Of a stretch of 64,000 nt of DNA, positions 10,468 through 21,216 are shown in pieces; positions within the stretch are counted from its first letter, which is position 1; every line of letters begins with the position of its first letter. The notes under the pieces were generated by a model. The model did not search any database, was not told the origin of the DNA, and was given only the letters and a program-made list of their open reading frames with translations. The stretch lies in the IMG/VR virus record IMGVR_UViG_3300042309_002578, positions 1 through 64,000 of that record; one strand, written 5' to 3'. The position numbers and the translations under genes were made by a program. This stretch comes from a virus.

Positions 10468-10508
10468 ATTTTAATGTAGTATAACGCTATTATAATAACG
10501 TTATACTA

Positions 10509-10955
10509 CATTAAAATATATGTACGTAAATTGTTTTTATTTCCGCAGGTTCATACACCAATGCTCTAGCGATAGTTAAAGCACTTGAGTCTATGGGGAT
10601 TCAATCTAAAATACCTGCGTGTGGGATTATTATTGTGTGTGAGGCTGACCAGTTAAAAACTGTTAAATCAGCTTGCCAGCTTTTTAATGCTGCTATCGAA
10701 ATTATTACAGAGAATCAGAGACTTTCTTTCCCTTCTTGCGCTTCCAGAAACCCTCTATATCTTTCCGATGCAACTATTAACCTTAGAGCAGTTTCTGGAA
10801 CTGATTTTAATGGAGGCAACAAGTCTTTAGTTGTTGGAGTTTCATAAAAATTTTCTAACTCCATATTTACTAAAGTCTGCAAGTCTTTTAAAACCAATAC
10901 ATACTCCCTAAGTCTATGTTCTTGAGGCGTTAATTGTCGCCTTGTTTTTTTTCAT
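10509..10955 (-). pseudogene. degraded hypothetical gene
   Basis: Frame of ORF 10715-10897 continues through two in-frame TGA stops; frameshift in the 5' A-run. Confidence 0.5.
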
Positions 10956-11230
10956 AATTTCTCCGCTTCTTGTACAACTATATCTTTTGTCCAAAATGTA
11001 ACGTGAGGAAGAGAATTTGCTTCTTCCATTCTCTTAGGAAGATCAGTCCTTTCGATAGCCCGTTTACTAAATAAGCTGCCATTGGGAGAAATTATCTCTA
11101 AGTATGAAGTGTCGCTAGAGCCTGTCACAAATTTGTATTTAAATTCACCATCGTGAATTTTTACTATTATTTGTTTCCCCCTTAACAATTCCGTTGTAGC
11201 ATCTTCGTGCGTAATTTGTGTTTTACTCAT
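10952..11230 (-). CDS. hypothetical protein
   Basis: ATG 11230 downstream of promoter 11262-11290. Confidence 0.6.
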   Translation of the reverse strand: MSKTQITHEDATTELLRGKQIIVKIHDGEFKYKFVTGSSDTSYLEIISPNGSLFSKRAIERTDLPKRMEEANSLPHVTFWTKDIVVQEAEKL

Positions 11231-11342
11231 TTTCGTTTTTTTGTTTTTTTCTACTGCATCTATATTGCTGTGGACAACAATAAAAGTCAAGCTGTATTTC
11301 ACAAATTAATTTATAAAATACAGCTTGACTTTTACATAAAGG

Positions 11343-11567
11343 TTAAGCCGCTTTTTTCTCTTTTACTAAACATATTACTGCCGACTTACTGCCTGTTGTG
11401 CCAGTCTGCATACAGCTTTTTTTGTCGTCCGTAATTCTCCTACAGTGGAATTTCATATCATGGAACGCAAACTGTTTGCTCCATGTAATAATGTCGCCAA
11501 CCTCTAGCTTTTCCCACACGGTGTCATAATTCTCTTGGGTTACTTTTGTGATTTTTTTGCCTACCAT
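11343..11567 (-). CDS. hypothetical protein
   Basis: ATG 11567 downstream of promoter 11600-11628. Confidence 0.6.
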   Translation of the reverse strand: MVGKKITKVTQENYDTVWEKLEVGDIITWSKQFAFHDMKFHCRRITDDKKSCMQTGTTGSKSAVICLVKEKKAA

Positions 11568-11599
11568 ATTTCTCTCTTTCTGTGTTTGTTTCTGTAAAT

Positions 11600-11628
11600 A
11601 TAATACTATGGCTAACAACAAAAGTCAA
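11600..11628 (-). promoter_or_regulatory. sigma70-type promoter of the conserved-spacer family
   Basis: TTGACT-tttgttgttagccatag-TATTAT; related copies at 11262, 22526, 38761 (-) and 42871, 44673, 47985, 54342, 57014 (+). Confidence 0.85.
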
Positions 11629-11699
11629 GTGTTTCTGAAAAATATTTTTATGTTGCGATCACGCTAAAAATTTGGTGTGCCGATATATCCACACAGGCT

Positions 11700-12040
11700 A
11701 GAAACATATTGTAATCCCCGCACAGCAAGGTTTCCGGTTTTAGTTGCATTCTCCCCAACGCCGTCCCCAAAACCACAAAACTGGCATTCGCTTCCAACCT
11801 GTCACAATGCCGCCAAAACACGAATCTTGTAACACGCCTCAAACCCGCATTCTCTCGTTGAAAAATCTGTGGCGGAGTATAACATAAAGCGTGTCAAAAG
11901 TAAAGGGAAGATACAAAGAAAAAAGGGCAGTTTCCTATAAGAAAGTGATCATCTTCCCTTTACTTTATTTTTGATTAAAATCAATATATTGTGCAAACAC
12001 ACGCCTGTATTTAAAACTCTTGTAATACGTCTGTAACACG
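11700..12040 (+). repeat. dispersed repeat module copy A (one unit plus core)
   Basis: Unit marker CATATTG at 11705; core AATCTTGTAACACGCC from 11823 closely matches 42635 and 54106. Confidence 0.9.
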
Positions 12041-12043
12041 AAA

Positions 12044-12394
12044 CTAAGAGACAGATAGCTTGAGATCGTTTTTCCTAAAATCCTTGTCCTCCCAATAAAT
12101 TTTTAATTGTTGAACACCACTTTCATCAAAGCTTCCGGTGACCTGGATTTTACTAAGGTTTGGTATTTGCGATCGCAGTGCCACCTCAACCCTCGCGGGT
12201 ATTACAGATGTAGCAGAGGTTGTATCGAAAATATAGCTTTTAGTTCCATAGGAAAGTGGTCGCATAACACGCTCATATTGTCTTGTTTCCAGTACGCTAA
12301 ATATGGCATCCTTCTCAATATCTGTTCCTGTAGAAAGCATAATTCTGCCATTTGAAACCTGTATTGGATATTTTGGTGTTGCTCTTTCTACCAT
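12044..12394 (-). CDS. GPW/gp25-like baseplate wedge protein
   Basis: AIFSVLETRQYERVMRP.SYGT. Confidence 0.85.
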   Translation of the reverse strand: MVERATPKYPIQVSNGRIMLSTGTDIEKDAIFSVLETRQYERVMRPLSYGTKSYIFDTTSATSVIPARVEVALRSQIPNLSKIQVTGSFDESGVQQLKIYWEDKDFRKNDLKLSVS

Positions 12395-12445
12395 GATAAT
12401 TTTGCGCTAAAATAATATAATAATTTTACAAATAATTTTATATTT

Positions 12446-13903
12446 ATGACACTTTTAAGCGGAAACATAGCAGATGCTGGGTCAAATCCAATAAACGGCT
12501 TTCTGAGAATTCAGCTTTTACAGCCGCTAATTTCCGGTGTTCAGTCTCCAAAAAAAGTTTCACTTCCCCTTCAGTTTGATGCCGAAATTATAAATGGAAG
12601 ATTTTCACTAGAACTTCCTGAATCCGAAACTAGAAAACAGGTTTACAGTTTTTCTATTTTTCAGAAAGCAACCACGAACTCTTTTTACTATGACAATGGT
12701 GACTTCTATGGTTACGATGGCGAGTTGCCGTATATTCTTCACGAAAACGAATATTATGTTGGATATGTTTGGACAAATGAAAGTATACATTTAAACAAGA
12801 AAACCAATACAGAAGAGGTAGAGGTAGAACCGGTTTTTTATGCTGCCATACCCAACAAGAATTCTGTTGATTTTGCAGACCTAGAAAAAACTGGATTTTG
12901 GAACGATAGAACTCCTCAAACGGCAAAGCAAGTGGCAGACATTCTTAAAAAAGATCCCGCATTTTTAGCGACAATGTTAGAAATAGTAATTCCAACATCA
13001 AACTATAGCGGGACTCAGCTATACAGAGTCGGAAATACCGTTCTTTACAATGGTTTCCGCTATGTGTGCAGAGATGATGGAATTGTTGGCATATTACCAA
13101 GCGATCGCTCAAAATGGATACCCGTTGACTTAATATTCAACGGAGGTGGAGGCCTAGTTCCTGCCACAACATCAACACTTGGTGGTGTCATTGTCGGCGA
13201 CGGGCTTGATGTTGATGCCACTGGCTTAACTGCCGTTGACATAAATTATATCCAGGACAATATTAATTTAGACATACCAATTGCCACAACATCAGCACTT
13301 GGTGGTATCATTGTCGGCGACGGGCTTGATGTTGATGCCACTGGCTTAACTGCCGTTGACATAAATTATATCCAGGACAATATTAATTTAGACATACCAA
13401 TTGCCACAACATCAGCACTTGGTGGTATCATTGTCGGTAACGGGCTTGATGTTGATGCCACTGGCTTAACTGCCGTTGACATAAATTATATCCAGGACAA
13501 TATTAATTTAGACATACCAATTGCCACAACATCAACACTTGGTGGTATCATTGTCGGCAATGATTTTACAATAAACGTATTGGGAGTTTTAAATTCTGCG
13601 CCATTTTCAATTGTAAACGTCACTCTAGTAGCGAATACGTCCATAAATTTAGGCAAAAACAATATCTTTAGAGTGAATTTAAATCTTTCTAATGCTTTCT
13701 TGACTTGCACTAATTTTGTGCAAGGTGGAAATTATATTTTTATGTTTTTTTCAGATGGTTTTGACAGAAACTTAACACTAGATCCAAATGTTTTTAAGTT
13801 TGCAAATAAATTAGTTCCAGAATTTACGATTGATGGCGTTGATATTATATCTTCGTTTGCATGCGACGACATTTTGTATTGTGCAATGAATAATGATTTC
13901 TGA
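12446..13903 (+). CDS. tail fibre-like protein with 40-aa repeats
   Basis: IATTSxLGGIIVGDGLDVDATG repeats; Y..G..V.YNG..Y carbohydrate-binding-like motif. Confidence 0.75.
   Translation: MTLLSGNIADAGSNPINGFLRIQLLQPLISGVQSPKKVSLPLQFDAEIINGRFSLELPESETRKQVYSFSIFQKATTNSFYYDNGDFYGYDGELPYILHENEYYVGYVWTNESIHLNKKTNTEEVEVEPVFYAAIPNKNSVDFADLEKTGFWNDRTPQTAKQVADILKKDPAFLATMLEIVIPTSNYSGTQLYRVGNTVLYNGFRYVCRDDGIVGILPSDRSKWIPVDLIFNGGGGLVPATTSTLGGVIVGDGLDVDATGLTAVDINYIQDNINLDIPIATTSALGGIIVGDGLDVDATGLTAVDINYIQDNINLDIPIATTSALGGIIVGNGLDVDATGLTAVDINYIQDNINLDIPIATTSTLGGIIVGNDFTINVLGVLNSAPFSIVNVTLVANTSINLGKNNIFRVNLNLSNAFLTCTNFVQGGNYIFMFFSDGFDRNLTLDPNVFKFANKLVPEFTIDGVDIISSFACDDILYCAMNNDF
13162..13558 (+). repeat. 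120-bp tandem repeat, about 3.3 copies, within the CDS
   Basis: Near-identical units start at 13162, 13282, 13402 and 13522. Confidence 0.95.
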
Positions 13904-13905
13904 TT

Positions 13906-14658
13906 ATGTTTAGACATCTTTTGTGGAAACGCCCAGATATTGGTTTCAATAAAAAACTTTATGCGCTTTTGCCCGTCCCTTCTGTATTGCAAAATCAATT
14001 ATTAGAAATTACGCCAGATGCGATGGCATTACCTCAGCTAATTCTTGGCTCACATCCATTACCAAGGATTGATGCAATTGATTCATCAATCATAGTTTTG
14101 CCAGATCCACTAAAACTACCAGCATATTTCGTAATGCCGTCACTTCTGAGTCAATTTTTAACAAAAGTAGAGGTGTGGGCGAATTTAGATGGGGAATACA
14201 AGCTTTACCACACTTCTACAGATATGATATTTAGGAGGATTTTTGGAGTAAAAGCTAATTATAGATTGGTCGGATATTTCAAGGCTGATAATTATGTAAA
14301 CCAGGAAATAAAAACAAGTCCAATTTACGAAGCTCCTTCCGATCTTGGATTCATAGGAGCGGGTGTTGTGTCTGGATTAGCTGCTGAAGCATCCATCTTT
14401 GCTGGAGTTAATTCAATCATAAATTCTGATGTTTATTTCTATACGGGAATTTCAACCCAATCCTATGAATCACCGCTGCTTGAGGCTTCAATTTTTCCAG
14501 TTGAGACTACAACGACAAATAATGATGTTTTCTTCTTTACATCTATTTCTCAAAGAGATGCGTTAGGCGAAATAGCAGAGTCCTCTAGCTTTATTAGCTC
14601 TACAACAACAACAAATAATCAGTATACTTGGTCTACAGCAGGAACAATTTTTAACTAA
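13906..14658 (+). CDS. putative virion structural protein
   Basis: Operonic within the tail block. Confidence 0.55.
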   Translation: MFRHLLWKRPDIGFNKKLYALLPVPSVLQNQLLEITPDAMALPQLILGSHPLPRIDAIDSSIIVLPDPLKLPAYFVMPSLLSQFLTKVEVWANLDGEYKLYHTSTDMIFRRIFGVKANYRLVGYFKADNYVNQEIKTSPIYEAPSDLGFIGAGVVSGLAAEASIFAGVNSIINSDVYFYTGISTQSYESPLLEASIFPVETTTTNNDVFFFTSISQRDALGEIAESSSFISSTTTTNNQYTWSTAGTIFN

Positions 14659-14664
14659 AAAATC

Positions 14665-17600
14665 ATGAAAAATAATCAAATTGTTAATTATTTTGGTGGA
14701 TTAGAAGGCGAATTTACAATAGAAATTAAAGACGCTAAAACTCTTGAGGTTCGGCAAACTATTACACAGAAAAATACAATTACTGATCGTTTCATAAATG
14801 AAGCTTATACCGCTAGACATAGTACATACGCAAATGAATACATTGGTTATGGAGGAATAATATTGCCTTGGCTAACCTCACTTAATATTTCTTTTTCCAC
14901 AGAAGCACCTGGGAATGGGAAGCGTAGTTTATTTTGGATTGGTAACTTTATTGGGACTGCGAGTACGGATACCGTTAACATTGGTCCAAAAACTAATTAT
15001 ATTGATTTCAATAATGATGGAATAGTTGAAGAAATAACAATATCACAAAGACTGGGATTTGTGGGATCTTTGTATCCCTCCAACATTGCTTTTGACCGAT
15101 TTTTCAGAACGATAGCATTAACTAACATCGCTTCAGCAATTGATCACACAGCCGCTCAAGCTAACAGTGGAACATCTGGTGCTATATGGGCTTATATAGA
15201 TATTGGCTCTAACATCCAGCAGAAAAAGAATGAAATCATTGACGTTACTTACCGAATCAGGCTTCCTAGCAGTTACTCTGGCTATAACAATGTTCCTGCT
15301 ATTTCCCAAGACATGATTTATGCCATAAATAGAGCGAATGGATTTTCGTGGAACTCAACTTTTTATACATCTATCCGCAACTTTGTTTTCCCGCTACTTT
15401 ATGGCAATTTTAAAGAGGCAAATAAGTCTTGCCTTAACTTTTTTGTATATGGGGATGGTGTACGCAAATTTAGCGATGATTCTGAGGAAGTTCATACACA
15501 GGCGTATGGTGCAGCTCGATATGATTTTGTCGCTTCAGTGCCAAATACAAAATCGGTAGGCAGATATTACACGATGATAGGGACTGGATATCAAGCAGAA
15601 CCGTCAAGAGATCGAATTGCCGGGAGAACTGTAAGTAAACTATTTGGCAGCATTAATTATCAATCTACATCCACGCCGTTCCAAAATATGTTTTCACATG
15701 GGAATAGTGCCACATTACCTTTCCAAGATAGCAACAACTTGGCTAGTGGCAGTGGAAAACCAAATATACAAGGCTCTTGGGCGGATAATTTTCCCGAACT
15801 TTACAGAATTGAGATCCTAAACTCTGGCTCTATAGGTACTGCTACTTATGTTTTTCAAAGAAGCAGAGTGACACATTTCAACGACAATGCTTTTAATTAC
15901 ATAGAACTAGCAACAATCTTTACCCACCAAAATAATCTTGCAAACGGAAAGCCTTATCCCAGATATCATGCTGGCACGGGAGAGACAACTCATGATATTG
16001 CCTACAGTAAAACTCAAATTATCAGACATGACAGTACAGGGATAAGCATAATAAATCTTGTCAATGGAGATCACCAGGATTGGGACTCCAGCACACAACC
16101 TTCCTTGCCTGTCACAGCACTTCGTCATGTGGAATTTGTTCTGGCGACTGGGAAAATATATGCGGCCTGTGACAATACCGGATTATGGGAAATAACGCCT
16201 GGAAATTCCTCAGCAGTTATTAATTTGGTCACTACAGGGTGTCGAAGTGTTAGTGCTGGATTCTCTAATATTCTGTACGCATTATTTTGGGATGGAGCAA
16301 TTTTCACCCTGCGAAATAGCCAAGACTGGAACACAAATTTAACTTTCACATTCCCTCTATCAAACCTCAACTCAAGCGACAATCGATCTCTTTGGTTTAT
16401 CACTGCCGACAAATCAGCACCCAATAGAATAGCTCTATTCGGCACTCAATCAAATAACAACGCACTTGTATGGTGGTGGACTTTATCTGGTGGTATTGCC
16501 AACGGATACGGATTTGGTGTTGCTGGAGCAACTAATACAAATGCTTTGTCGCTACGGCAAGCTTCGCCCAAATATCTCGTTTCCTCTCCTAAAGGACAAT
16601 GGTATAGCGCAAGCATCCCCACCCCTACGTGGACACACTCAGGGATACTTCTCACTTTTGGTACAACAACTAGCGAATGGATTGTCAACAATGATTTCGA
16701 TTCAAGTGGCTTGCTAGGAGATACTCCGATATTGGACGAGAATGGGTATCTCTTGTCGGGTAAATTCATTAAAGAAGGGAAAACAACTCTATTTCAGCAC
16801 CAGACAGAGGTAGACAGTAGATACAACAGTATATGGGATAGTGTTTGCTGGTTGGGCGATGGACTATTTTTTGGATCGAAAAAGGATAAAAGCGGTGACT
16901 ATATATACAAATATGGCAACGCAAACAGAATAACAGGAATTACTGGTGCAGGAATAAACACGAGCAATGTATTTAATCCCTTTGTGTGGGAGACATTCCA
17001 CTGGAATCCGGGGACTTCGTCCTGGGTGTCGGCAGATCCAACATGGAATGGCACGGCATGGGTTCAAGCTACTAGAACTGGCAAGCCGACTCATGCAGCA
17101 ACGGAAACCTTGATTGATGGACTAACTATTAATTTCACAGAATTGGGTAATTTAGGCTTTGTTTCTGGGAATTGGTACACTCAGGTGGTTTGCTTGGGTG
17201 TACTAAAAGACAATATCAACAATGTATCAATTAAAGCATCAACATACTTGCGCCCAACGGAATTAATAACGGTATCTGAAACTCTTACCATTTCTACAGC
17301 AGAACCTTATTCTGCAATAGTGAGCAAATCTTCTGCCGGTGGTTCTAACCCAGATCCTTCTTTTAGATGGCTTGATGTAGAAGTTATTCCTATCTCTGCC
17401 CAAATATCAGGCTATGGAACTCCAGCGACAGTCCGCACCAATGATGCTATTGTCCCAGCAATTAACGAAATCGTGGTGAATGGATCTACCGGAACTTTAA
17501 TCTGTAACTCTGCGGACGCTGGTAAAACAATAACCATTCCTCAGTACATGATTGTTAAAGGCGATGAACCACGAATAGCCCCAGCGCAAGCCACTTTTGC

Positions 17601-18282
17601 AAACGTCTACAGACCTGTATTGCTACTACGCCATGATACTGGGGTGATTGTTGACGCTGGGAATATTGTCACTCGTTGGAATGATCAGAGTGGATACGGA
17701 AATGACGTTGTTGCTCCCACAGGTCAAAATCCAACATCGGATGGGACTGCTTTGCGAAGAGGTCTGCCGACAATCAGGTTTACGGACAATCACAAAAGGC
17801 TTGTTTTGCCTGATTCAAGCCCAATTGACATATCTCGTGGATTTACCTGCGTTGCGGTTATTAATCGCACGAACGGAAGAGCATTTCAATACATTTTGAC
17901 GCTAGGGAATCTAGCTGTGTTTGGGTTTGTTTATAATAGTTTATTACTAGCGAATTACGGTGCGAATAACCAGCAATATAATCTATTCAAAGAATACGGA
18001 AAAAATGGGACTTGGGCTGTTGTTTCGGCAACTTTTAACCCTAATACTGGGAAAGCGTCACTAAGAGTCGACAGTGTGAATATTGGATCGGAACTACACC
18101 CTTCTTACACAGGCAGAGGCTTTGGTAATCGTGTTGGCAGCCAGGGATACCAATGTATTGGCGGAGATGGTGTAAATGATCGCACATTTATCGGGAATAT
18201 GAGTTTCTTGGCTGCCTATAATAATTACATGACTACACCAGAATTAAAAGCCGTAGAACAGGCTGCATTAGCGATCGCATAA
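14665..18282 (+). CDS. large tail/receptor-binding protein with C-terminal LamG-like domain
   Basis: 1205 aa, S/T/G/N-rich; VTRWNDQSGYGND and FIGNMSFLAAYN LamG-like motifs. Confidence 0.7.
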   Translation: MKNNQIVNYFGGLEGEFTIEIKDAKTLEVRQTITQKNTITDRFINEAYTARHSTYANEYIGYGGIILPWLTSLNISFSTEAPGNGKRSLFWIGNFIGTASTDTVNIGPKTNYIDFNNDGIVEEITISQRLGFVGSLYPSNIAFDRFFRTIALTNIASAIDHTAAQANSGTSGAIWAYIDIGSNIQQKKNEIIDVTYRIRLPSSYSGYNNVPAISQDMIYAINRANGFSWNSTFYTSIRNFVFPLLYGNFKEANKSCLNFFVYGDGVRKFSDDSEEVHTQAYGAARYDFVASVPNTKSVGRYYTMIGTGYQAEPSRDRIAGRTVSKLFGSINYQSTSTPFQNMFSHGNSATLPFQDSNNLASGSGKPNIQGSWADNFPELYRIEILNSGSIGTATYVFQRSRVTHFNDNAFNYIELATIFTHQNNLANGKPYPRYHAGTGETTHDIAYSKTQIIRHDSTGISIINLVNGDHQDWDSSTQPSLPVTALRHVEFVLATGKIYAACDNTGLWEITPGNSSAVINLVTTGCRSVSAGFSNILYALFWDGAIFTLRNSQDWNTNLTFTFPLSNLNSSDNRSLWFITADKSAPNRIALFGTQSNNNALVWWWTLSGGIANGYGFGVAGATNTNALSLRQASPKYLVSSPKGQWYSASIPTPTWTHSGILLTFGTTTSEWIVNNDFDSSGLLGDTPILDENGYLLSGKFIKEGKTTLFQHQTEVDSRYNSIWDSVCWLGDGLFFGSKKDKSGDYIYKYGNANRITGITGAGINTSNVFNPFVWETFHWNPGTSSWVSADPTWNGTAWVQATRTGKPTHAATETLIDGLTINFTELGNLGFVSGNWYTQVVCLGVLKDNINNVSIKASTYLRPTELITVSETLTISTAEPYSAIVSKSSAGGSNPDPSFRWLDVEVIPISAQISGYGTPATVRTNDAIVPAINEIVVNGSTGTLICNSADAGKTITIPQYMIVKGDEPRIAPAQATFANVYRPVLLLRHDTGVIVDAGNIVTRWNDQSGYGNDVVAPTGQNPTSDGTALRRGLPTIRFTDNHKRLVLPDSSPIDISRGFTCVAVINRTNGRAFQYILTLGNLAVFGFVYNSLLLANYGANNQQYNLFKEYGKNGTWAVVSATFNPNTGKASLRVDSVNIGSELHPSYTGRGFGNRVGSQGYQCIGGDGVNDRTFIGNMSFLAAYNNYMTTPELKAVEQAALAIA

Positions 18283-18302
18283 TCAAAAAACAGAGGAATA
18301 TT

Positions 18303-18653
18303 ATGGCTTTAGTATTAAAAGACGGCTCAAGTTTTGTTAGTTCGACCAGCAATGAATCGTACCAACAAGGATATTTGCGAATTTCGTCAATTCAATATGA
18401 TTTTGATTCAAAAACTGCGAATGTATATATCTCTGTATACACATCGAAGGAAGAGTCAGACGCTAAAATAAAGCCACCAATTGATAGTCAATTGGTGTTA
18501 GTTACTTCAGAGGAGTTTAATCTTTGGCTTGATCTTCCTGTTTTAGAATTGTCTGGAAATATTATCAGACAAGCATATCTTTATCTTATGCAAAAGCGTG
18601 GGATGTATATCGGAACTTTGCTATTTGGAGACGATTGGGAGTCGGACGAGTAA
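18303..18653 (+). CDS. tail-associated small protein (chaperone-like)
   Basis: YLRISSI...NIIRQAYLYL pattern after the fibre gene; GAGG RBS. Confidence 0.55.
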   Translation: MALVLKDGSSFVSSTSNESYQQGYLRISSIQYDFDSKTANVYISVYTSKEESDAKIKPPIDSQLVLVTSEEFNLWLDLPVLELSGNIIRQAYLYLMQKRGMYIGTLLFGDDWESDE

Positions 18654-18749
18654 AATAAAAACATTAGCTAATATGCAGTCATATTAGCTAATGTTTTTTA
18701 GTCTTTATAAGGGGAGAAAATGAAGAAAATTTTATGGTTGGCTTGCGAT

Positions 18750-18935
18750 TTAGCAGCGATGACCCCAGCTATCAGAATCTTCCCTCCATCCCAATTCTTC
18801 TAGTTTAGCCAAATCATCAGCACTTATTTTACCTGGTTCGTAAGGTGCATACCAAACTTGATCATGCGCTGCTGCAAATTCATCATCAGGATAATACTTT
18901 GCTAAAATGCTTAATCCTTCTATTATGGGATTCAT
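18750..18935 (-). CDS. small hypothetical protein
   Basis: 61 aa with GGAG RBS; IIEGLSILAKY...LEELGW. Confidence 0.65.
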   Translation of the reverse strand: MNPIIEGLSILAKYYPDDEFAAAHDQVWYAPYEPGKISADDLAKLEELGWREDSDSWGHRC

Positions 18936-19022
18936 ATTTTGTACTCCAATGTTTTTATATTTTTCTTTGGCAATTGCTTAAGTCCTGGTAAATAACGCAG
19001 AAGGCAAAATGTTCCTGCGGTG

Positions 19023-20027
19023 TCATTGCGACATTTCAGAAATAAACACTTTAAAGTCTAATTCTCCACCACCACGCTTGAGTTTAAATTCAAGATCGCT
19101 TAATCCTATTAAGCATTTCACAATCCATTCTAGTTTAATATTTTTTACCTCTTGAGATAGAAAATAGACTCTTTGTGGATTGCCTATACCAGCCTCGGTC
19201 GCAATTGATGTGTTGTCAGTTTTACCCATCAACTCTTTTACAAACAGCCACGTCCTAATCGTTGAAGCCATCGCTGCGTGCAATTTCAACGGATGTTCAT
19301 TTGCCTGAAAAAGCGCATCAATTAAAATCAACGCCTTTTGTTTTTCACCTGCTGCGATCGCACTAATGCACTTGAAAATATTACCAGATATGTCTGGCAG
19401 CATTTCCATCACGTCCGCTTTTTCTATCAACCCACCGTTTTTGTAAATAAATAGCTTTTCAAGCTCGGAAACAATGCGATAGGTGTCCGAACCTGTGACA
19501 GCCATTAGAGCGTCAATTGCGTCGCTAGATATTTTTACCTCAAGATGCTGTGCAACCTTCAAAATATGTCGCCGGATATCGTCTTCTTTCCAACTTGGTA
19601 TTATTTCATATCCAATGATTTCACCCTGCGTTTTAAGCAGTTTGACGACTTTTGTGCGCTCGTCTGGCTTGCTGTCGCACACAATTACCAATGTTGATGT
19701 TTGGGGGATTGGCAGGTATCTCTCAAACAAATCTATGTCATCAGCTTTTATCGTTTGCTTAACAATAACAACTCTATTTAGAGAACCAAATGGTGCTTCT
19801 AGCGCGGTTGTTAAACCATCCGAAATATCAGAAACCTCATTGAAGTTAAATTCCCTAAAATCAGAAACCGAATCAGAAAATGTTTTTACTTTCTTGTTTA
19901 TTAAAAACTCGTCGTTACCCCACAAAATAAAAATTTTACCACCATCTGCCCCTATATCTCGCTTTTTAGCCGGCGGTTTTTTTGCTGACTCTTTTTTCGC
20001 TTTTGGCTCTGCTGTTTTTCTGGACAT
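19023..20027 (-). CDS. holA: DNA polymerase III delta subunit
   Basis: LWGNDEF, APFGSLNRVV, SELEKLFIY, NEHPLKL, IGNPQRVYFL..EV (cyanobacterial HolA features). Confidence 0.9.
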   Translation of the reverse strand: MSRKTAEPKAKKESAKKPPAKKRDIGADGGKIFILWGNDEFLINKKVKTFSDSVSDFREFNFNEVSDISDGLTTALEAPFGSLNRVVIVKQTIKADDIDLFERYLPIPQTSTLVIVCDSKPDERTKVVKLLKTQGEIIGYEIIPSWKEDDIRRHILKVAQHLEVKISSDAIDALMAVTGSDTYRIVSELEKLFIYKNGGLIEKADVMEMLPDISGNIFKCISAIAAGEKQKALILIDALFQANEHPLKLHAAMASTIRTWLFVKELMGKTDNTSIATEAGIGNPQRVYFLSQEVKNIKLEWIVKCLIGLSDLEFKLKRGGGELDFKVFISEMSQ

Positions 20028-20029
20028 AA

Positions 20030-20224
20030 TTAAAAATACTCAATTATTTCTTGAAGTGTTTGTGTGTATTCTGCGGTGACAACAACCCTATTTTCGTCAA
20101 CAGGTCTTACCAATATCCTCTTGGGACTTTGCGCTAAGTGTTCTAAAATTTTGTTATTTGCATTTTCTGGTGTCACAACATCAGAAATTATAAGGCATAT
20201 TTCTGTCGTCTCAGTATTCTCCAT
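20030..20224 (-). CDS. small hypothetical protein
   Basis: Tightly packed between holB and holA. Confidence 0.6.
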   Translation of the reverse strand: MENTETTEICLIISDVVTPENANNKILEHLAQSPKRILVRPVDENRVVVTAEYTQTLQEIIEYF

Positions 20225-20228
20225 ATTC

Positions 20229-21122
20229 TTATGTATTCAATAGGCTTAGGTAAAGTGCCTCCAAAGTTAAGCGCGACTGCATTCCGCTTTTTAGCTTATT
20301 AATTGAGTCGTTAAAAATAGTGACAAACCCCATGTTGAAATAAGTCGTCCAAATCATGCTAACCGCGTACTCCATTAGCACGATTTGTTGACTACTAGAA
20401 AGCGCAGAAATGTCTCTTGCAATTTGTAAGCAATCAATAACTTTCGTTGGTATTGTTGAAGCGGAACAAATAATTTGTTCCGGCACTTCCTCTAGTACGG
20501 CTTTAATGGCGATCGCGTCACCATAACTGCCGTCACAAATGTTCAAGATATTATCATTGATGTCTAAAAAATTAATTTTTGCAATTTCCAGCAAATTTTC
20601 TTTTGAAAGTCTGCTGAAATTTAAAACTTGGCATCTTGAGGATATTGTGTCAGAAACCTTGCCAGAAGCAACGAGGATAAAAACCGTGTGTGCGCCTGGC
20701 TCTTCTAGGTTTTTAAGCAATGCGTTCATGCTATCTTCCTTTAGTTCTTGGCAGTCATCAATTATGACAATATTTTTGGATGGGAAACCATAATTATTGC
20801 TGATGCCCAAAGGTCTGCGAGAGATAAAACCGTCCAGATCCCTTATTTGCTCAATTCTAATAACTGGTTTTGTTCTTTTATTTAATCCTTTTTCAAAAGC
20901 CTCTTCAATAGTTAAAATTTCACCATCTTCTGTGTATGTTGGAGCAACAATATGTATGTCCGCCATTGGATTTTTTGTTAGGGTGTTGGCGAAAGATTTG
21001 GCAACTGTAAATTTACCAACACCTTTGCGCCCGGTGAATAGATATGCAGACGCAATTCTATTTTTTTTGGCAGCGTTAATTAAAAAGCTTAAATTGTCTT
21101 GATGAGATATGATTGTTTTCAT
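20229..21122 (-). CDS. holB: DNA polymerase III delta' subunit
   Basis: AYLFTGRKGVGK, IRIEQIR, NALLKNLEEPG, TISSRCQ. Confidence 0.92.
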   Translation of the reverse strand: MKTIISHQDNLSFLINAAKKNRIASAYLFTGRKGVGKFTVAKSFANTLTKNPMADIHIVAPTYTEDGEILTIEEAFEKGLNKRTKPVIRIEQIRDLDGFISRRPLGISNNYGFPSKNIVIIDDCQELKEDSMNALLKNLEEPGAHTVFILVASGKVSDTISSRCQVLNFSRLSKENLLEIAKINFLDINDNILNICDGSYGDAIAIKAVLEEVPEQIICSASTIPTKVIDCLQIARDISALSSSQQIVLMEYAVSMIWTTYFNMGFVTIFNDSINKLKSGMQSRLTLEALYLSLLNT

Positions 21123-21196
21123 AAGAACTCCTGGTAAGTGTGAAACTCAGTCACTTTAGTGCCGAGAGGGAAACGACACGCGCGGTTTTAACCGCA
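21119..21196 (+). mobile_element. IS200/IS605-like end remnant
   Basis: TCATAAGAACTCCTGGTAAGTGTGAAACTCAG...GAGAGGGAAACGACAC..GCGGTTTTAACCGC; similar to 25748 and 51415. Confidence 0.6.
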
Positions 21197-21216
21197 TTGA
21201 TAATTAGACCTGTTTC

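Noticed and set aside
11269-11277. TTGTCCACA as a DnaA box or origin
   Set aside because: Single occurrence, inside one variant of the promoter-spacer family
19483-20079. Long antisense ORFs (also 32788-33345 and 39171-39704)
   Set aside because: They are shadows of well-supported genes on the opposite strand
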